From a bacterium (lineage in GTDB: Bacteria; Zhuqueibacterota; Zhuqueibacteria; Oceanimicrobiales; Oceanimicrobiaceae): 64,000 nucleotides of DNA. This document shows positions 43,429 through 54,943 of the stretch, in pieces. Where the stretch lies: NCBI GenBank assembly GCA_037446635.1, contig JBBIIG010000001.1, positions 85,638 through 149,637 on the forward strand, given 5' to 3'. A program made the translations under genes and the position numbers. Within the stretch, counting starts at the first letter, position 1. Every line of letters starts with the position of its first letter. Below the pieces are notes generated by a model that saw only the letters and a list, made by a program, of their open reading frames with translations, searched no databases and was not told the origin of the DNA.

Positions 43429-43472
43429 GGGATTTGTAAAACTTAAATTTATAAACTTACGGGGCAGGCAAG

Positions 43473-45464
43473 TCAGTTGAACAAGCGTTGCAGCAGACGC
43501 TTGATGCCGCTGGTGGAATAATCGGGCAGCTCCACTTGCGGAGGGGCCGGGTTGTTCTGATATTCCTGAAGCTGTTTTTTAGCTTGTATGTACAACACCC
43601 GGTTATCTACGGCAACCGCCACCTGGTTGGCCAGAATTTCCAGGGTGCTGAAAACTTCTTTGGTTGGCAAACGCTGGTCTTCGGGATCATCCACGAGCAA
43701 AACGCCGATCACCTTTCCATCCCGGGACTTGAGTGGTACCAGAATCACACCCCAAGACGGCCAGCCGCCGTTTGTGGGTTTGGCCAGACTGCCATTGTGA
43801 TAAATTTGCTTCAATGGCTGAAGAATCTCCTCCTGCTTGACAATGAAGTAGGATTTGCCGCGCAGGTATTCACTGCGAAAAAGGTTCGCAAAGTTAGTCA
43901 GTTGAAATTTTAACTCAGAGAGCTGGTTCTGTTTAACGCGGTCATCGCAGGCTACCGCTTTCAACTCCAGACACGATGATCTTTTGCTGATGAGACCCAA
44001 AGCCACCAGGTTAAAATCTAGTGAAAATTTTATGGACCACACCATTTCTTTCAACAACTCATCTAAGCTGAGATGAAGCTTGAAAATGTTGCTGGTCACC
44101 AAAATCTGTTTCAAACGCCGCGAGCGTTTTTCGATGGTTGAAAACTGATAGTAGTTCTCAATAATCAGGGCGGCTAATTTGCCAAAGAGCTCGAGGTTTT
44201 TGAAGGTGTCGCGGCCCGGAATAAAATCGTCCACCGGCAGATCCAAAGAGATGTAGCCAAAGGTTTTGCCGGCGCTGGTCAACAAATTCACGAGCACCAA
44301 ATCCCGCTTGTGCCACTGATTGTTGGGCCGGCGTTTTTGAGTACGCCGTTCATAAAATTCAGAGTTGAGTTCCAGCGCGTTTTCCTGCTGCGCCTGGTTA
44401 TAATATAAAACTTTAACCAGGAATTTGTTGGCAAAAATACGATCGATCACTTCCTGGGGCACTTCTAAATTGGCGGCCTCTTTTGACGGCAAATTGGCGT
44501 AACCAATCATGGCGTGTTTGACGTAAGCGTTCTTTCGGCGATCGAGCAGGGCAAGGGTGACGCGTTGAAACCGAAAAATCCTGCCGCAGCATTCGGCAAT
44601 GCTTTCCAACACCACATTAAATGGTTCCCAGTAACTGGTGGCAAGAATTTGCGCCACCCGCGAAATCATGTGCAATTGATCGACGCGGTTGCCGGGCGCC
44701 AGGTCCCGCGCCGAGGTGGAAACTTTTTCAAGATGGCCGCGGAAGCTGACGATGTTCTGGTTTTCATCTTTAATGGCGGTCAAGCGAATGTCAATGGGAC
44801 TTTTGGCCCCGCGTTTTCCAAGAATTTCGGTGCGAAAGGATTTGGTGGAATTGCCGTTGCTGCTCACCGCATTGAACCAATCATAAAATGATTTTTCCTG
44901 TTCTTTGGGAAGCAAATCCGGCAGGCTCAGCTCCATCAATTCGCCCTGGGTATAGTTGGTAATTTCCTCCATGCTGCGGTTGGCGGAAAGGATTTTTCCC
45001 CGCCGATCAAGAATGAAATAGCCGGCAGACGCTATTTTTCTCGCCGCGGATTCGGCTTGCGGAATTGCCGTGGCTTCAGTTTTGATGATGCTGCGTTCGA
45101 CGATATTTCGAATGGTGATGGGGAGCGCCGTGAGATAGCCGCGCACTTTTAGAACAAAATCCGACGCGCCCTGCTCCATGGCCATGTCCGCGATGTCATC
45201 CCGCCCTTCGTCCACTAAAATAATCAACGGCGTTCGACTGTCGCGGGCGCGAATTTTGTCGATGACCTGCAAGCCGTTCATATCGCCAAGGTCGTAATCG
45301 AACAGGACGATATCGTAGCGCCGGCTCTGCGATTTATCGATGCAATCCTGCCCCGAGTAAGCCAAATCCACCTCGCAGTTGCTGTAGTGAAACTTGAGCA
45401 TTTTTTTGGAAATTTCAAGATACGAACTGCTTGTGCCGGCGATGAGAACACTGAGGTTGTTCAT
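43473..45464 (-). CDS. REC-PAS-GAF-GAF signalling protein with no recognisable output domain
   Basis: Receiver (DIVLFDYDL..NGLQV..GASDFVLK), PAS (ILDRRGKILSAN..ITNYT), two GAF-like segments. ATG 45464 follows GGAG. Confidence 0.75.
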   Translation of the reverse strand: MNNLSVLIAGTSSSYLEISKKMLKFHYSNCEVDLAYSGQDCIDKSQSRRYDIVLFDYDLGDMNGLQVIDKIRARDSRTPLIILVDEGRDDIADMAMEQGASDFVLKVRGYLTALPITIRNIVERSIIKTEATAIPQAESAARKIASAGYFILDRRGKILSANRSMEEITNYTQGELMELSLPDLLPKEQEKSFYDWFNAVSSNGNSTKSFRTEILGKRGAKSPIDIRLTAIKDENQNIVSFRGHLEKVSTSARDLAPGNRVDQLHMISRVAQILATSYWEPFNVVLESIAECCGRIFRFQRVTLALLDRRKNAYVKHAMIGYANLPSKEAANLEVPQEVIDRIFANKFLVKVLYYNQAQQENALELNSEFYERRTQKRRPNNQWHKRDLVLVNLLTSAGKTFGYISLDLPVDDFIPGRDTFKNLELFGKLAALIIENYYQFSTIEKRSRRLKQILVTSNIFKLHLSLDELLKEMVWSIKFSLDFNLVALGLISKRSSCLELKAVACDDRVKQNQLSELKFQLTNFANLFRSEYLRGKSYFIVKQEEILQPLKQIYHNGSLAKPTNGGWPSWGVILVPLKSRDGKVIGVLLVDDPEDQRLPTKEVFSTLEILANQVAVAVDNRVLYIQAKKQLQEYQNNPAPPQVELPDYSTSGIKRLLQRLFN

Positions 45465-45661
45465 ACAAGCCACTCCGTAGTGCAGGTTGAAAATTGATCG
45501 GCGCACCCAGTGGTGCGCGCCACGAACAGGCGTTGCAAAGCAACGGCACAATTTACAAAAAAATACTAAAAAATCAAGGTATAATTTTGAGCCAATTAAG
45601 ACGTTACGCGAGAAAGGCGCGGAAGAAAACCCCAACCGAACAGAACCGTTGTTTTAGACTT

Positions 45662-46915
45662 CTAAAGCTTTCCCAACTCAGAGCGGGCTTCGGAAATGTA
45701 TTCGCTGCCCGGGCATTCATTGACCAAGCGCGTGAAAAACTGTTTAGCGACGGCCTTGTTACCCATTCGCAGGAACGTTCGGCCCAGGTGATAAAATGCG
45801 TCGTCTAACTTTGATGAACGCTTATACTCCAAAACTTTGTTGAACGCCTCGACGGCTTCGCTTAAACGATTCTGAGCGAGCAGGCTTTGGCCGATCCAGT
45901 AGTGGCAATTGCCGATCAGCGTATGGTTGGGGTTCTGTTGCAGCAGCAAACGAAATAGCGAAATCGCTTCCGTATAGTTTTCGTTGTAATAATTGGTAAG
46001 CGCCTCTTCATAAACTTGCGAGAAACCAGACATCGAAGTGGCTTTTTTCAGTGGAACCGGCGGCTGGCTGGCGGCCTTTTTTTCCAGGCCGGAAAGCTGT
46101 TTTCTGCGCTCGGAGAGGTTACTCTGCAAGCGCGCGATTTCTTTCTCCCTTTCCTCGACCGAGCGATTTAGCTCATCGACGCGCGATTTCAAGCGCGCAT
46201 ATTCTGCCATGTCTTTCGTGTCGAGGCCAGAAGGTGAAGAACCCCTGAGTGACTCCTGGTCCGCAAAAGGATCGTCGCCAATTTCATAAACAGGCGCTTG
46301 GGCATCCGCAATGAATTGAGCGGCGTCGGAGCTCGCGGTGGGAAAATAATAAACGAACCCGCCGCCCACGCTGAGGTAGCCATCGGTGGTGGTGCCGCCG
46401 ATGACAATGGCATCAAGTGCATCGGTGCTGGTGTGGCGATAATCGGCTCCAACCGTCAGCGCTATGCGCGGACTCATCCGAAATCGAATTCCTCCCCCGC
46501 CCATCAAAGCCGCTTCCCATTTTCGTCCCAGGATTTGACCTATATGAAAATTCAGCGCGCCGACTCCAAGGGAGAGATATGGCCTCGCCAGTCCTCGCGA
46601 AATGATCTCGAGATTCGTCCGCAGGTCAATATTAAATATATCTGTAGTGTTGCCATTGCCAAGGATGGGATGGTCATATTTCAACTGGCTGTATCCGAGG
46701 GCTAACGAGACGTCCGCAAAACGCAGGAAACGATAACTGCCGAAACCCTCGAATCCCAGCCCAATGCCCACGCCAGCTAAACCGCCGTCGCCGTAAACGC
46801 GGCGCCCGCCAGCGTTCAGGCCCAATCCAAATCTGTCCTTGTATTCTTGTGAATAGGAAACGGCGGCTGCGAATAGAAACACCAAAACAAGAAACGACGC
46901 TGACCTCCTATTCAT
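45662..46915 (-). CDS. Outer-membrane beta-barrel fused to coiled-coil and TPR (CpoB/YbgF-like)
   Basis: Signal peptide; amphipathic strands ending GGGFVYYF; heptad region; YEEAL..Y...YWIGQ..LDDAFYHLG TPRs. Confidence 0.72.
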   Translation of the reverse strand: MNRRSASFLVLVFLFAAAVSYSQEYKDRFGLGLNAGGRRVYGDGGLAGVGIGLGFEGFGSYRFLRFADVSLALGYSQLKYDHPILGNGNTTDIFNIDLRTNLEIISRGLARPYLSLGVGALNFHIGQILGRKWEAALMGGGGIRFRMSPRIALTVGADYRHTSTDALDAIVIGGTTTDGYLSVGGGFVYYFPTASSDAAQFIADAQAPVYEIGDDPFADQESLRGSSPSGLDTKDMAEYARLKSRVDELNRSVEEREKEIARLQSNLSERRKQLSGLEKKAASQPPVPLKKATSMSGFSQVYEEALTNYYNENYTEAISLFRLLLQQNPNHTLIGNCHYWIGQSLLAQNRLSEAVEAFNKVLEYKRSSKLDDAFYHLGRTFLRMGNKAVAKQFFTRLVNECPGSEYISEARSELGKL

Positions 46916-46945
46916 TCGGCTGCTCCTTTGGTTTGAATTTTCCGG

Positions 46946-47485
46946 TTAGGATTGCTCAACAAACACCGGCGCGACAACCGGCATCAAATCGCGCGGCATC
47001 ACGTCATGAAACGAAACCTTCTTTTCCGAATACGCATTGTAGGCGTCGATCAGCTCGCTCAATTGCCGTCCGTGTTCTCTCAAATTCTGCTCGCTGCCAG
47101 CGCCAGCCACCAACTGGCGAATCTCTAAAATCTTGTTGCCGATGCTTTCGAAATAATACTCTGACATGGCCTGGCCAATCAGGTTTTTGACGGCCGCTTC
47201 CGCTTGCTGTTCTTTGTCCTTAAGCGTTTTGATGGTGTTCTTGAGATGGAATTGATTCAGATCCTTGACCAAAGTTACCTTGACGCCAGAGTAGTTAAGA
47301 ACGGCGGGGTGCTTTTTGTAATAGTCCGTTTTCACCGCGACGTTCGTCAACAGATATTGCTCAACAATGACGCGCTCGCCAAAAGTTAAATGCCGATGGG
47401 AGAAGTAGCTCAACAGATTTTCCGTCTGTTTGTAATCCACTTCAATCATTAAATCTGAAGATGAAAAATAAAGTAATTCGGTCAT
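46946..47485 (-). CDS. Hypothetical protein
   Basis: 179-aa ORF filling the gap co-directionally; no motif recognised. Confidence 0.7.
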   Translation of the reverse strand: MTELLYFSSSDLMIEVDYKQTENLLSYFSHRHLTFGERVIVEQYLLTNVAVKTDYYKKHPAVLNYSGVKVTLVKDLNQFHLKNTIKTLKDKEQQAEAAVKNLIGQAMSEYYFESIGNKILEIRQLVAGAGSEQNLREHGRQLSELIDAYNAYSEKKVSFHDVMPRDLMPVVAPVFVEQS

Positions 47486-47487
47486 AG

Positions 47488-47564
47488 CATCACGAGACGT
47501 TTTGGTTTTTGAATGGACGTTGTTTTGTCCAATTTTTACAAACCCTATGCCACGTCTCGTGATG
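47488..47564. repeat. Perfect 13-bp inverted repeat with 51-bp spacer
   Basis: CATCACGAGACGT (47488-47500) and ACGTCTCGTGATG (47552-47564). Confidence 0.85.
47537..47552 (-). promoter_or_regulatory. Sigma-54-like promoter (variant -12)
   Basis: Minus strand TGGCAT-AGGGT-TTGTA. Confidence 0.45.
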
Positions 47565-47683
47565 TCAGTGGGACGATAGATAACTATCTATTTTAGAAAG
47601 TGTTTACTACGCGGGCGGCTTTTGAACTCCTTGTCGATGAAAATGTATTTCAATGATGCAGTTTGATTTTTTTGAGACATTTC

Positions 47684-50074
<2,391 letters not shown>

Positions 50075-50134
50075 GATTCTCTACCTCATTTTTGAGTTGC
50101 CAAAAAGTCATTTAAAAAATACGATGCTCTTTTT

Positions 50135-50150
50135 TGCAACAACCATTCCA
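50135..50150 (-). promoter_or_regulatory. Sigma-54-like promoter upstream of lon
   Basis: Minus strand TGGAAT-GGTTG-TTGCA, 60 bp upstream of the lon ATG. Confidence 0.55.
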
Positions 50151-50240
50151 GAAAAATTAGCGCCGCCGACCGCGCATGTTATTTCAGCAATTAACTGGAG
50201 CAGAAGTATTTTACCGCGGCGCCATTTAGTTCGTCACGCG

Positions 50241-51098
50241 CTAAGTTGGCATGGCTTCGGCGAGGATGTTCGCGCAGCGCTCTAAAACCTCGCGATCGCC
50301 GTCATGAAAGGCGTCCCGCTGGTCGCTGTCGATATCGATTTCTCCCAACACCAGTTCGCCGCGCAGGATAGGCACCACGATCTCGGACTGCGTCTCGATG
50401 CTGCACGCTAAGTAGCGCGGGTCCGCGTTCACGTCCGCCACAATGATGGATTTTTTTTCGCTCGCTGCCGCGCCGCAAATTCCTTTGCCAATAGGAATGC
50501 GCGTGTGTGGACTCGGCTTGCCGATGAAGTTGTGAAGCACGAGCGTCTCCCCTTCCAAAAGGTAAATGCCCACCCAGGTGCACTTTGGAAAGCGTTCTTT
50601 CAGAAGCGCCACTGCTGTTTTTAGAATTTCATCCTTGCCTTTTTTGAGATGGTGAAGCTGCTCGACGATATCCTGCCCCACCAGAAATTCAATCGCGCGA
50701 AAATATCCCCGTATCCCCAATCCGAAAATTTGTTTAGCGCAGACGTCTTTGATTACCGAGCGGCGGCGGAATTCTTCGCGCTGCTCGATGTTGGAAAGAT
50801 GCACTTCGATCGCCGGCAATTTCACGGATTCCAGCGCGTCGCGCAGGGCGTAGCTGTAGTGGCTGTACGCGCCGGGATTGATGACGATGCCTTGCGCCCA
50901 CTGGCGCTGTTCGTGAATGAAATCGATGAGCGCGCCCTCATGATTGGATTGAAAGGTTTTCACTTCGACATTCATTGCAGCGGCAAATTTCACAACCTCC
51001 GCTTCCAGCTCGCGCAGGGTCATGGCGCCGTAAATTTCCGGCTCGCGCTCGCCTAACAGGTTCAAATTGGGTCCATTAATCAGAATAATTTTTTTCAT
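50241..51098 (-). CDS. aroQ: Type II 3-dehydroquinate dehydratase fused to a C-terminal GAF (fRMsr/MsrC-like) domain
   Basis: NGPNLNLLG.REPEIYG, QSNHEG, INPGA, EVHLSN; then WVGIYL, GKGICG, YLACS..SEIVVP and EIDIDS in the same frame. Confidence 0.9.
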   Translation of the reverse strand: MKKIILINGPNLNLLGEREPEIYGAMTLRELEAEVVKFAAAMNVEVKTFQSNHEGALIDFIHEQRQWAQGIVINPGAYSHYSYALRDALESVKLPAIEVHLSNIEQREEFRRRSVIKDVCAKQIFGLGIRGYFRAIEFLVGQDIVEQLHHLKKGKDEILKTAVALLKERFPKCTWVGIYLLEGETLVLHNFIGKPSPHTRIPIGKGICGAAASEKKSIIVADVNADPRYLACSIETQSEIVVPILRGELVLGEIDIDSDQRDAFHDGDREVLERCANILAEAMPT

Positions 51099-51634
51099 AA
51101 ATGACTTCCAATCACACTCAAAATTTCATCAGCGATTTGCTCGGGGGCTTTGCAATCGTCGCATAAAATTTTGAGATCAGCACGCAAATAAAGCTGCTCT
51201 CGTTCCTTAAAAAGTTCTACAACCCGTCGCTTTTTGCTGGTTTCATCATCGCCAAAAATCAACGGCCGCGAATTTCGCAGCAGCCGTTCGGCCAGCGCCG
51301 ACGCCGGCCATTTTAAATAAATCGTCACTCCCGAATTGGAAAGCAATTGCCAACTTTTTGGAGAAAGAATCGCGCCGCCGCCCAGCGCCACAACCGCTTG
51401 CCGCCGACGCGCAACCTCAGTCACCGCCGCGGATTCCATTTCGCGAAAGTAGCGTTCGCCGTATTCGTTAAAAATCTGCGCGATGGCTTGGCCGCTGCGG
51501 CGTTCAATCATTTCATCCGTGTCGAAAAAATCGCGCTTCAATTTTTGGGCAAGCAATTTACCCACCGTGGTTTTGCCCGCGGCCATAAACCCAATCAGAT
51601 AAATGTTATCGTGACTTTTGCTGCCAGCGTTCAT
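51095..51634 (-). CDS. aroK: Shikimate kinase
   Basis: GFMAAGKTT, DTD, GERYFREME, LGGG and RPL motifs. Confidence 0.93.
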   Translation of the reverse strand: MNAGSKSHDNIYLIGFMAAGKTTVGKLLAQKLKRDFFDTDEMIERRSGQAIAQIFNEYGERYFREMESAAVTEVARRRQAVVALGGGAILSPKSWQLLSNSGVTIYLKWPASALAERLLRNSRPLIFGDDETSKKRRVVELFKEREQLYLRADLKILCDDCKAPEQIADEILSVIGSHL

Positions 51635-52790
51635 ACGCCTCTCGAATTTCAGTGACAGAATCGCCGCCGAATTTTTCCAAAAACGCCTCCGCCAAAACCA
51701 GCGCCAAAATCGCCTCACCGATAACGGAGGCCGCCGGCACGGCGCACACGTCGCTGCGTTCGATGTGAGCCGGCGTTTTTTCTTGGCTGATCATATCAAC
51801 GGAATCCAGCGGCTTCATCAACGTGGAGATGGGTTTCATGGCCGCGCGCACCACGATGGGCATGCCGTTCGAGACGCCGCCCTCGATTCCGCCGGCGTGG
51901 TTGCTGGAGCGAAAGTAGATTTTTTTCGCGCCATCAAAACAAATTGGATCGTGCACCTCCGAGCCGAAGCGCGCCGCAGCCTCGAAGCCCCAGCCAATTT
52001 CCACGCCTTTGATGGCCGGGATGCTCATCAGCGCGCCAGCGATGCGGCCGTCCAATTTGCGATCCCAGTGCGCGTAGCTGCCGAGCCCCACGGGAACGTT
52101 TAATGCCGCCACCTCAAACACGCCGCCAACCGTGTCGCCGGCGGCTTTCGCTTCGTCGATGCGCGCCATCATTTCCGCTTCTAATTTTTTAGTGAGACAG
52201 CGTACCGGTGAATCGTCGGCGATTTCGTTCACCAACTCCCATTCGATTTTTTGATCGCGTTGAATCTCCGCCGCTGAAATGCTCGATTTTATCGAATGGA
52301 TTTGTACGACGTGGCTGACAATGAGAATGTTGACTTCGGCTAAAATTTTTTTTGCAATCGCCCCCAGCGCCACCCGCATGGCGGTCTCGCGGGCGCTGGC
52401 GCGTTCCAAAACATTGCGCAGATCGCGGTGGCGGTATTTGATCGCGCCGGCAAAATCGGCGTGCCCGGGGCGCGGGACCGTCACTTCATTTATCTCGTCC
52501 GCGATTTCTGCGACGGACATTTTCGTCTGCCAGTGCTTCCAATCTTTATTTTCAATTTTGAGCGCGATCGGGCTGCCCAGCGTTTTCCCGAAGCGCACGC
52601 CGGAAAGGATGCGCGCGCGGTCGCTTTCAATTTTCATGCGCTGGCCGCGGCCGTAGCCCATTTGCCGGCGCCGCAGCTCGCGCGCGATGTCATCTTCACT
52701 CAAGAATAAACCTGCGGGCACGCCTTCGAGGATTCCGATCAGCGCCTGGCCGTGCGATTCGCCGGCGGTCAAAAATCTAAGCTGGCTCAT
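51606..52790 (-). CDS. aroC: Chorismate synthase
   Basis: TAGESHG, RPGHAD, ERASARET, GGIEGG and MKPIST motifs. Confidence 0.97.
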   Translation of the reverse strand: MSQLRFLTAGESHGQALIGILEGVPAGLFLSEDDIARELRRRQMGYGRGQRMKIESDRARILSGVRFGKTLGSPIALKIENKDWKHWQTKMSVAEIADEINEVTVPRPGHADFAGAIKYRHRDLRNVLERASARETAMRVALGAIAKKILAEVNILIVSHVVQIHSIKSSISAAEIQRDQKIEWELVNEIADDSPVRCLTKKLEAEMMARIDEAKAAGDTVGGVFEVAALNVPVGLGSYAHWDRKLDGRIAGALMSIPAIKGVEIGWGFEAAARFGSEVHDPICFDGAKKIYFRSSNHAGGIEGGVSNGMPIVVRAAMKPISTLMKPLDSVDMISQEKTPAHIERSDVCAVPAASVIGEAILALVLAEAFLEKFGGDSVTEIREAYERWQQKSR

Positions 52791-53658
52791 AATTTTTTAA
52801 TTTTTCGATAAGCAACTTTCTCAAATGCGGGTAAACGGAGTTGGCGTCAATTTCGCGGCCGCTCCAGATTCGCATCGCCGCGATGCCCTGGAAAATCAGC
52901 ATATCCAAACCGTCCATCACCGCTAAACCAGCCGCGCTTGCGGAGCGCAGAAATCGCGTCGGCAGTGGATTGTAGATGAGATCGATGGCGATCAGGTTGT
53001 CGTCCGTTTTCGGAAACTCAAATGGCGCCGCCGCGGAATCCGGCCACATTCCAACTGGCGTGGCGTTGATCACAAAATCCACCGACTCCAACAATTTCAA
53101 GATTTCCGCGTGCTGCAAATTTACCGTGATAAAATTAAAAAAACCACTGGCGCTGCTGAGATGTTCCACCAACTCCAGCGCGCGCACCGTCGTCCGGTTG
53201 GCGAGATAAATTTTTCGGATGCCGCCGCGAATCAGCGCCGCCGCCACCGCCCGCGCCGCGCCGCCCGCCCCTAAAATCAGCGCCTGTTTTTTAGATACCT
53301 CGAGGTTGTGAAACGCCAGCGCGCGCTCGAAGCCAGTGCCGTCGGTGTTAAACCCAAGGAGCCGGTTTTTTTCGTGCAAAACCACATTCACCGCGCCCGC
53401 CCGTTGCGCCCGTTCGTCCAGCTCATCCAGCAGCGAGATAATTTGCTCTTTGAACGGAATGGTTACGCTGAAGCCGCGGATGCCGCCAGCTTTCAGCGCT
53501 CGTATTTTTTCTTCGAATTGTTGCGGTGGAATTTCAAACAATTCAAAGCGGCCATTCAGTTGGATCGCCTCCAGCAGAAATTCGTGCAGCAAAGGCGAAA
53601 GCGAATGCCCGATGGGGTAGCCCACGACGCCGAACGCCAGCGATTTCGGCTTAGCCAC
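52777..53658 (-). CDS. aroE: Shikimate dehydrogenase
   Basis: HSLSP, VTIPFK, AVN, NTD, GAGGAA, NATPVGM and DLIYNP motifs; GTG start. Confidence 0.94.
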   Translation of the reverse strand: MAKPKSLAFGVVGYPIGHSLSPLLHEFLLEAIQLNGRFELFEIPPQQFEEKIRALKAGGIRGFSVTIPFKEQIISLLDELDERAQRAGAVNVVLHEKNRLLGFNTDGTGFERALAFHNLEVSKKQALILGAGGAARAVAAALIRGGIRKIYLANRTTVRALELVEHLSSASGFFNFITVNLQHAEILKLLESVDFVINATPVGMWPDSAAAPFEFPKTDDNLIAIDLIYNPLPTRFLRSASAAGLAVMDGLDMLIFQGIAAMRIWSGREIDANSVYPHLRKLLIEKLKNYEPA

Positions 53659-54934
53659 TGGCAAGTTCCTCCAGCGTTTCAAAAAAATTCGGGAAGCTGA
53701 TGTCCACGCACTGCGCATTTTGAATGACCGTCTCCCCCTCCGCAATCAGACCAGCAACCGCGAAGGCCATGGCGATGCGGTGATCGTTAAAGCTGTCGAT
53801 GGCTGCGCCCCGCAAGCGCACTGGCCCGTGAATGACGAGTCCGTCTTCTTTCTCCAAAACCTCAGCGCCCATTTTCTGCAAATTGCTGTGGAGAGCGGTC
53901 AGGCGATCCGACTCCTTCACGCGCAGCTCGCCGGCGCCGCTGATTTCGGTGACGCCCTCCGCCTGAGTGGCGAGAACGGCGAGAATCGGAATTTCATCGA
54001 TGATCTGCGGAACGAGGTCGCCGCCGATTTTAATGCCGCGCAGGGCCGAGCTTTTAGCGGCGACGTCCGCAAAAAATTCGTTGTTGATGTTGGCAAAATT
54101 GATGATATCGATTTCCGCGCCCATCTCCATCAGCAGCGAAAGAAGCGCCCGGCGCGTGGGGTTGACGCCGACGTTCTCAATCGTAATTCGCGAGCCGCCG
54201 GTTAAAATGGCCGCGGCGATGAGAAAGGCGGCGCTGGAAAGATCGCCGGGAACAAAAACGTGCTGCGCCGTCAACTTCGCCGGGCCGGCGATGGAAATCG
54301 TGGCGCCGTCTTTTCCGATCGTTGCGCCAAAATTTTGCAGCAGGCGCTCGGTGTGATCGCGGGTTGGGAAAGGTTCGACCACGCGCGTCTCACCCTCGGC
54401 AAATAATCCCGCCAGCAGCACGCACGATTTCACTTGCGCGCTGGCCACGGGCAGCGAATAGGAAATTGGCGAAAGTTTGCCGCCGCGGATGGTCAGCGGT
54501 GCAAACGCATCGTTTTCTGCGTAAATTTGCGCGCCCATTTGCCGCAGCGGCTGCACGATGCGCGTCATCGGCCGGCGGCGAATGCTGGCGTCGCCGGTGA
54601 GGGTGGTTTCAAAAGGCTGCCCGGCGAGCAGCCCGCTCAGCAAACGAATCGTGGTACCGGAATTTCCAACATTTAAAATTTCTTTCGGCGAAGAAAAGCC
54701 GAACAGGCCTTTTCCAAAAACACAGGCCGCGCCATTTTTAAATTCAAACTTTGCTCCCAATTTTTGCAAACAGGCAAGCGTGCTTTTCACGTCCGCGGCG
54801 GGGGATAGATTTTCGATTTCAGTCACCCCCTCCGCCAGCGCCGCGATCATCAGCGCGCGGTGGGAAATGGATTTGTCACCGGGGAGCCGGAGTGCGCCAT
54901 TTAAGTTTTTCTTCGGGGAAATGATTTTAGTCAT
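53651..54934 (-). CDS. aroA: EPSP synthase (class II)
   Basis: PGDKSISHR, GNSGTT, SAQVKS, RDHTE, RVKESDR and DHRIAM motifs. Confidence 0.97.
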   Translation of the reverse strand: MTKIISPKKNLNGALRLPGDKSISHRALMIAALAEGVTEIENLSPAADVKSTLACLQKLGAKFEFKNGAACVFGKGLFGFSSPKEILNVGNSGTTIRLLSGLLAGQPFETTLTGDASIRRRPMTRIVQPLRQMGAQIYAENDAFAPLTIRGGKLSPISYSLPVASAQVKSCVLLAGLFAEGETRVVEPFPTRDHTERLLQNFGATIGKDGATISIAGPAKLTAQHVFVPGDLSSAAFLIAAAILTGGSRITIENVGVNPTRRALLSLLMEMGAEIDIINFANINNEFFADVAAKSSALRGIKIGGDLVPQIIDEIPILAVLATQAEGVTEISGAGELRVKESDRLTALHSNLQKMGAEVLEKEDGLVIHGPVRLRGAAIDSFNDHRIAMAFAVAGLIAEGETVIQNAQCVDISFPNFFETLEELASG

Positions 54935-54943
54935 TTTCGATGA

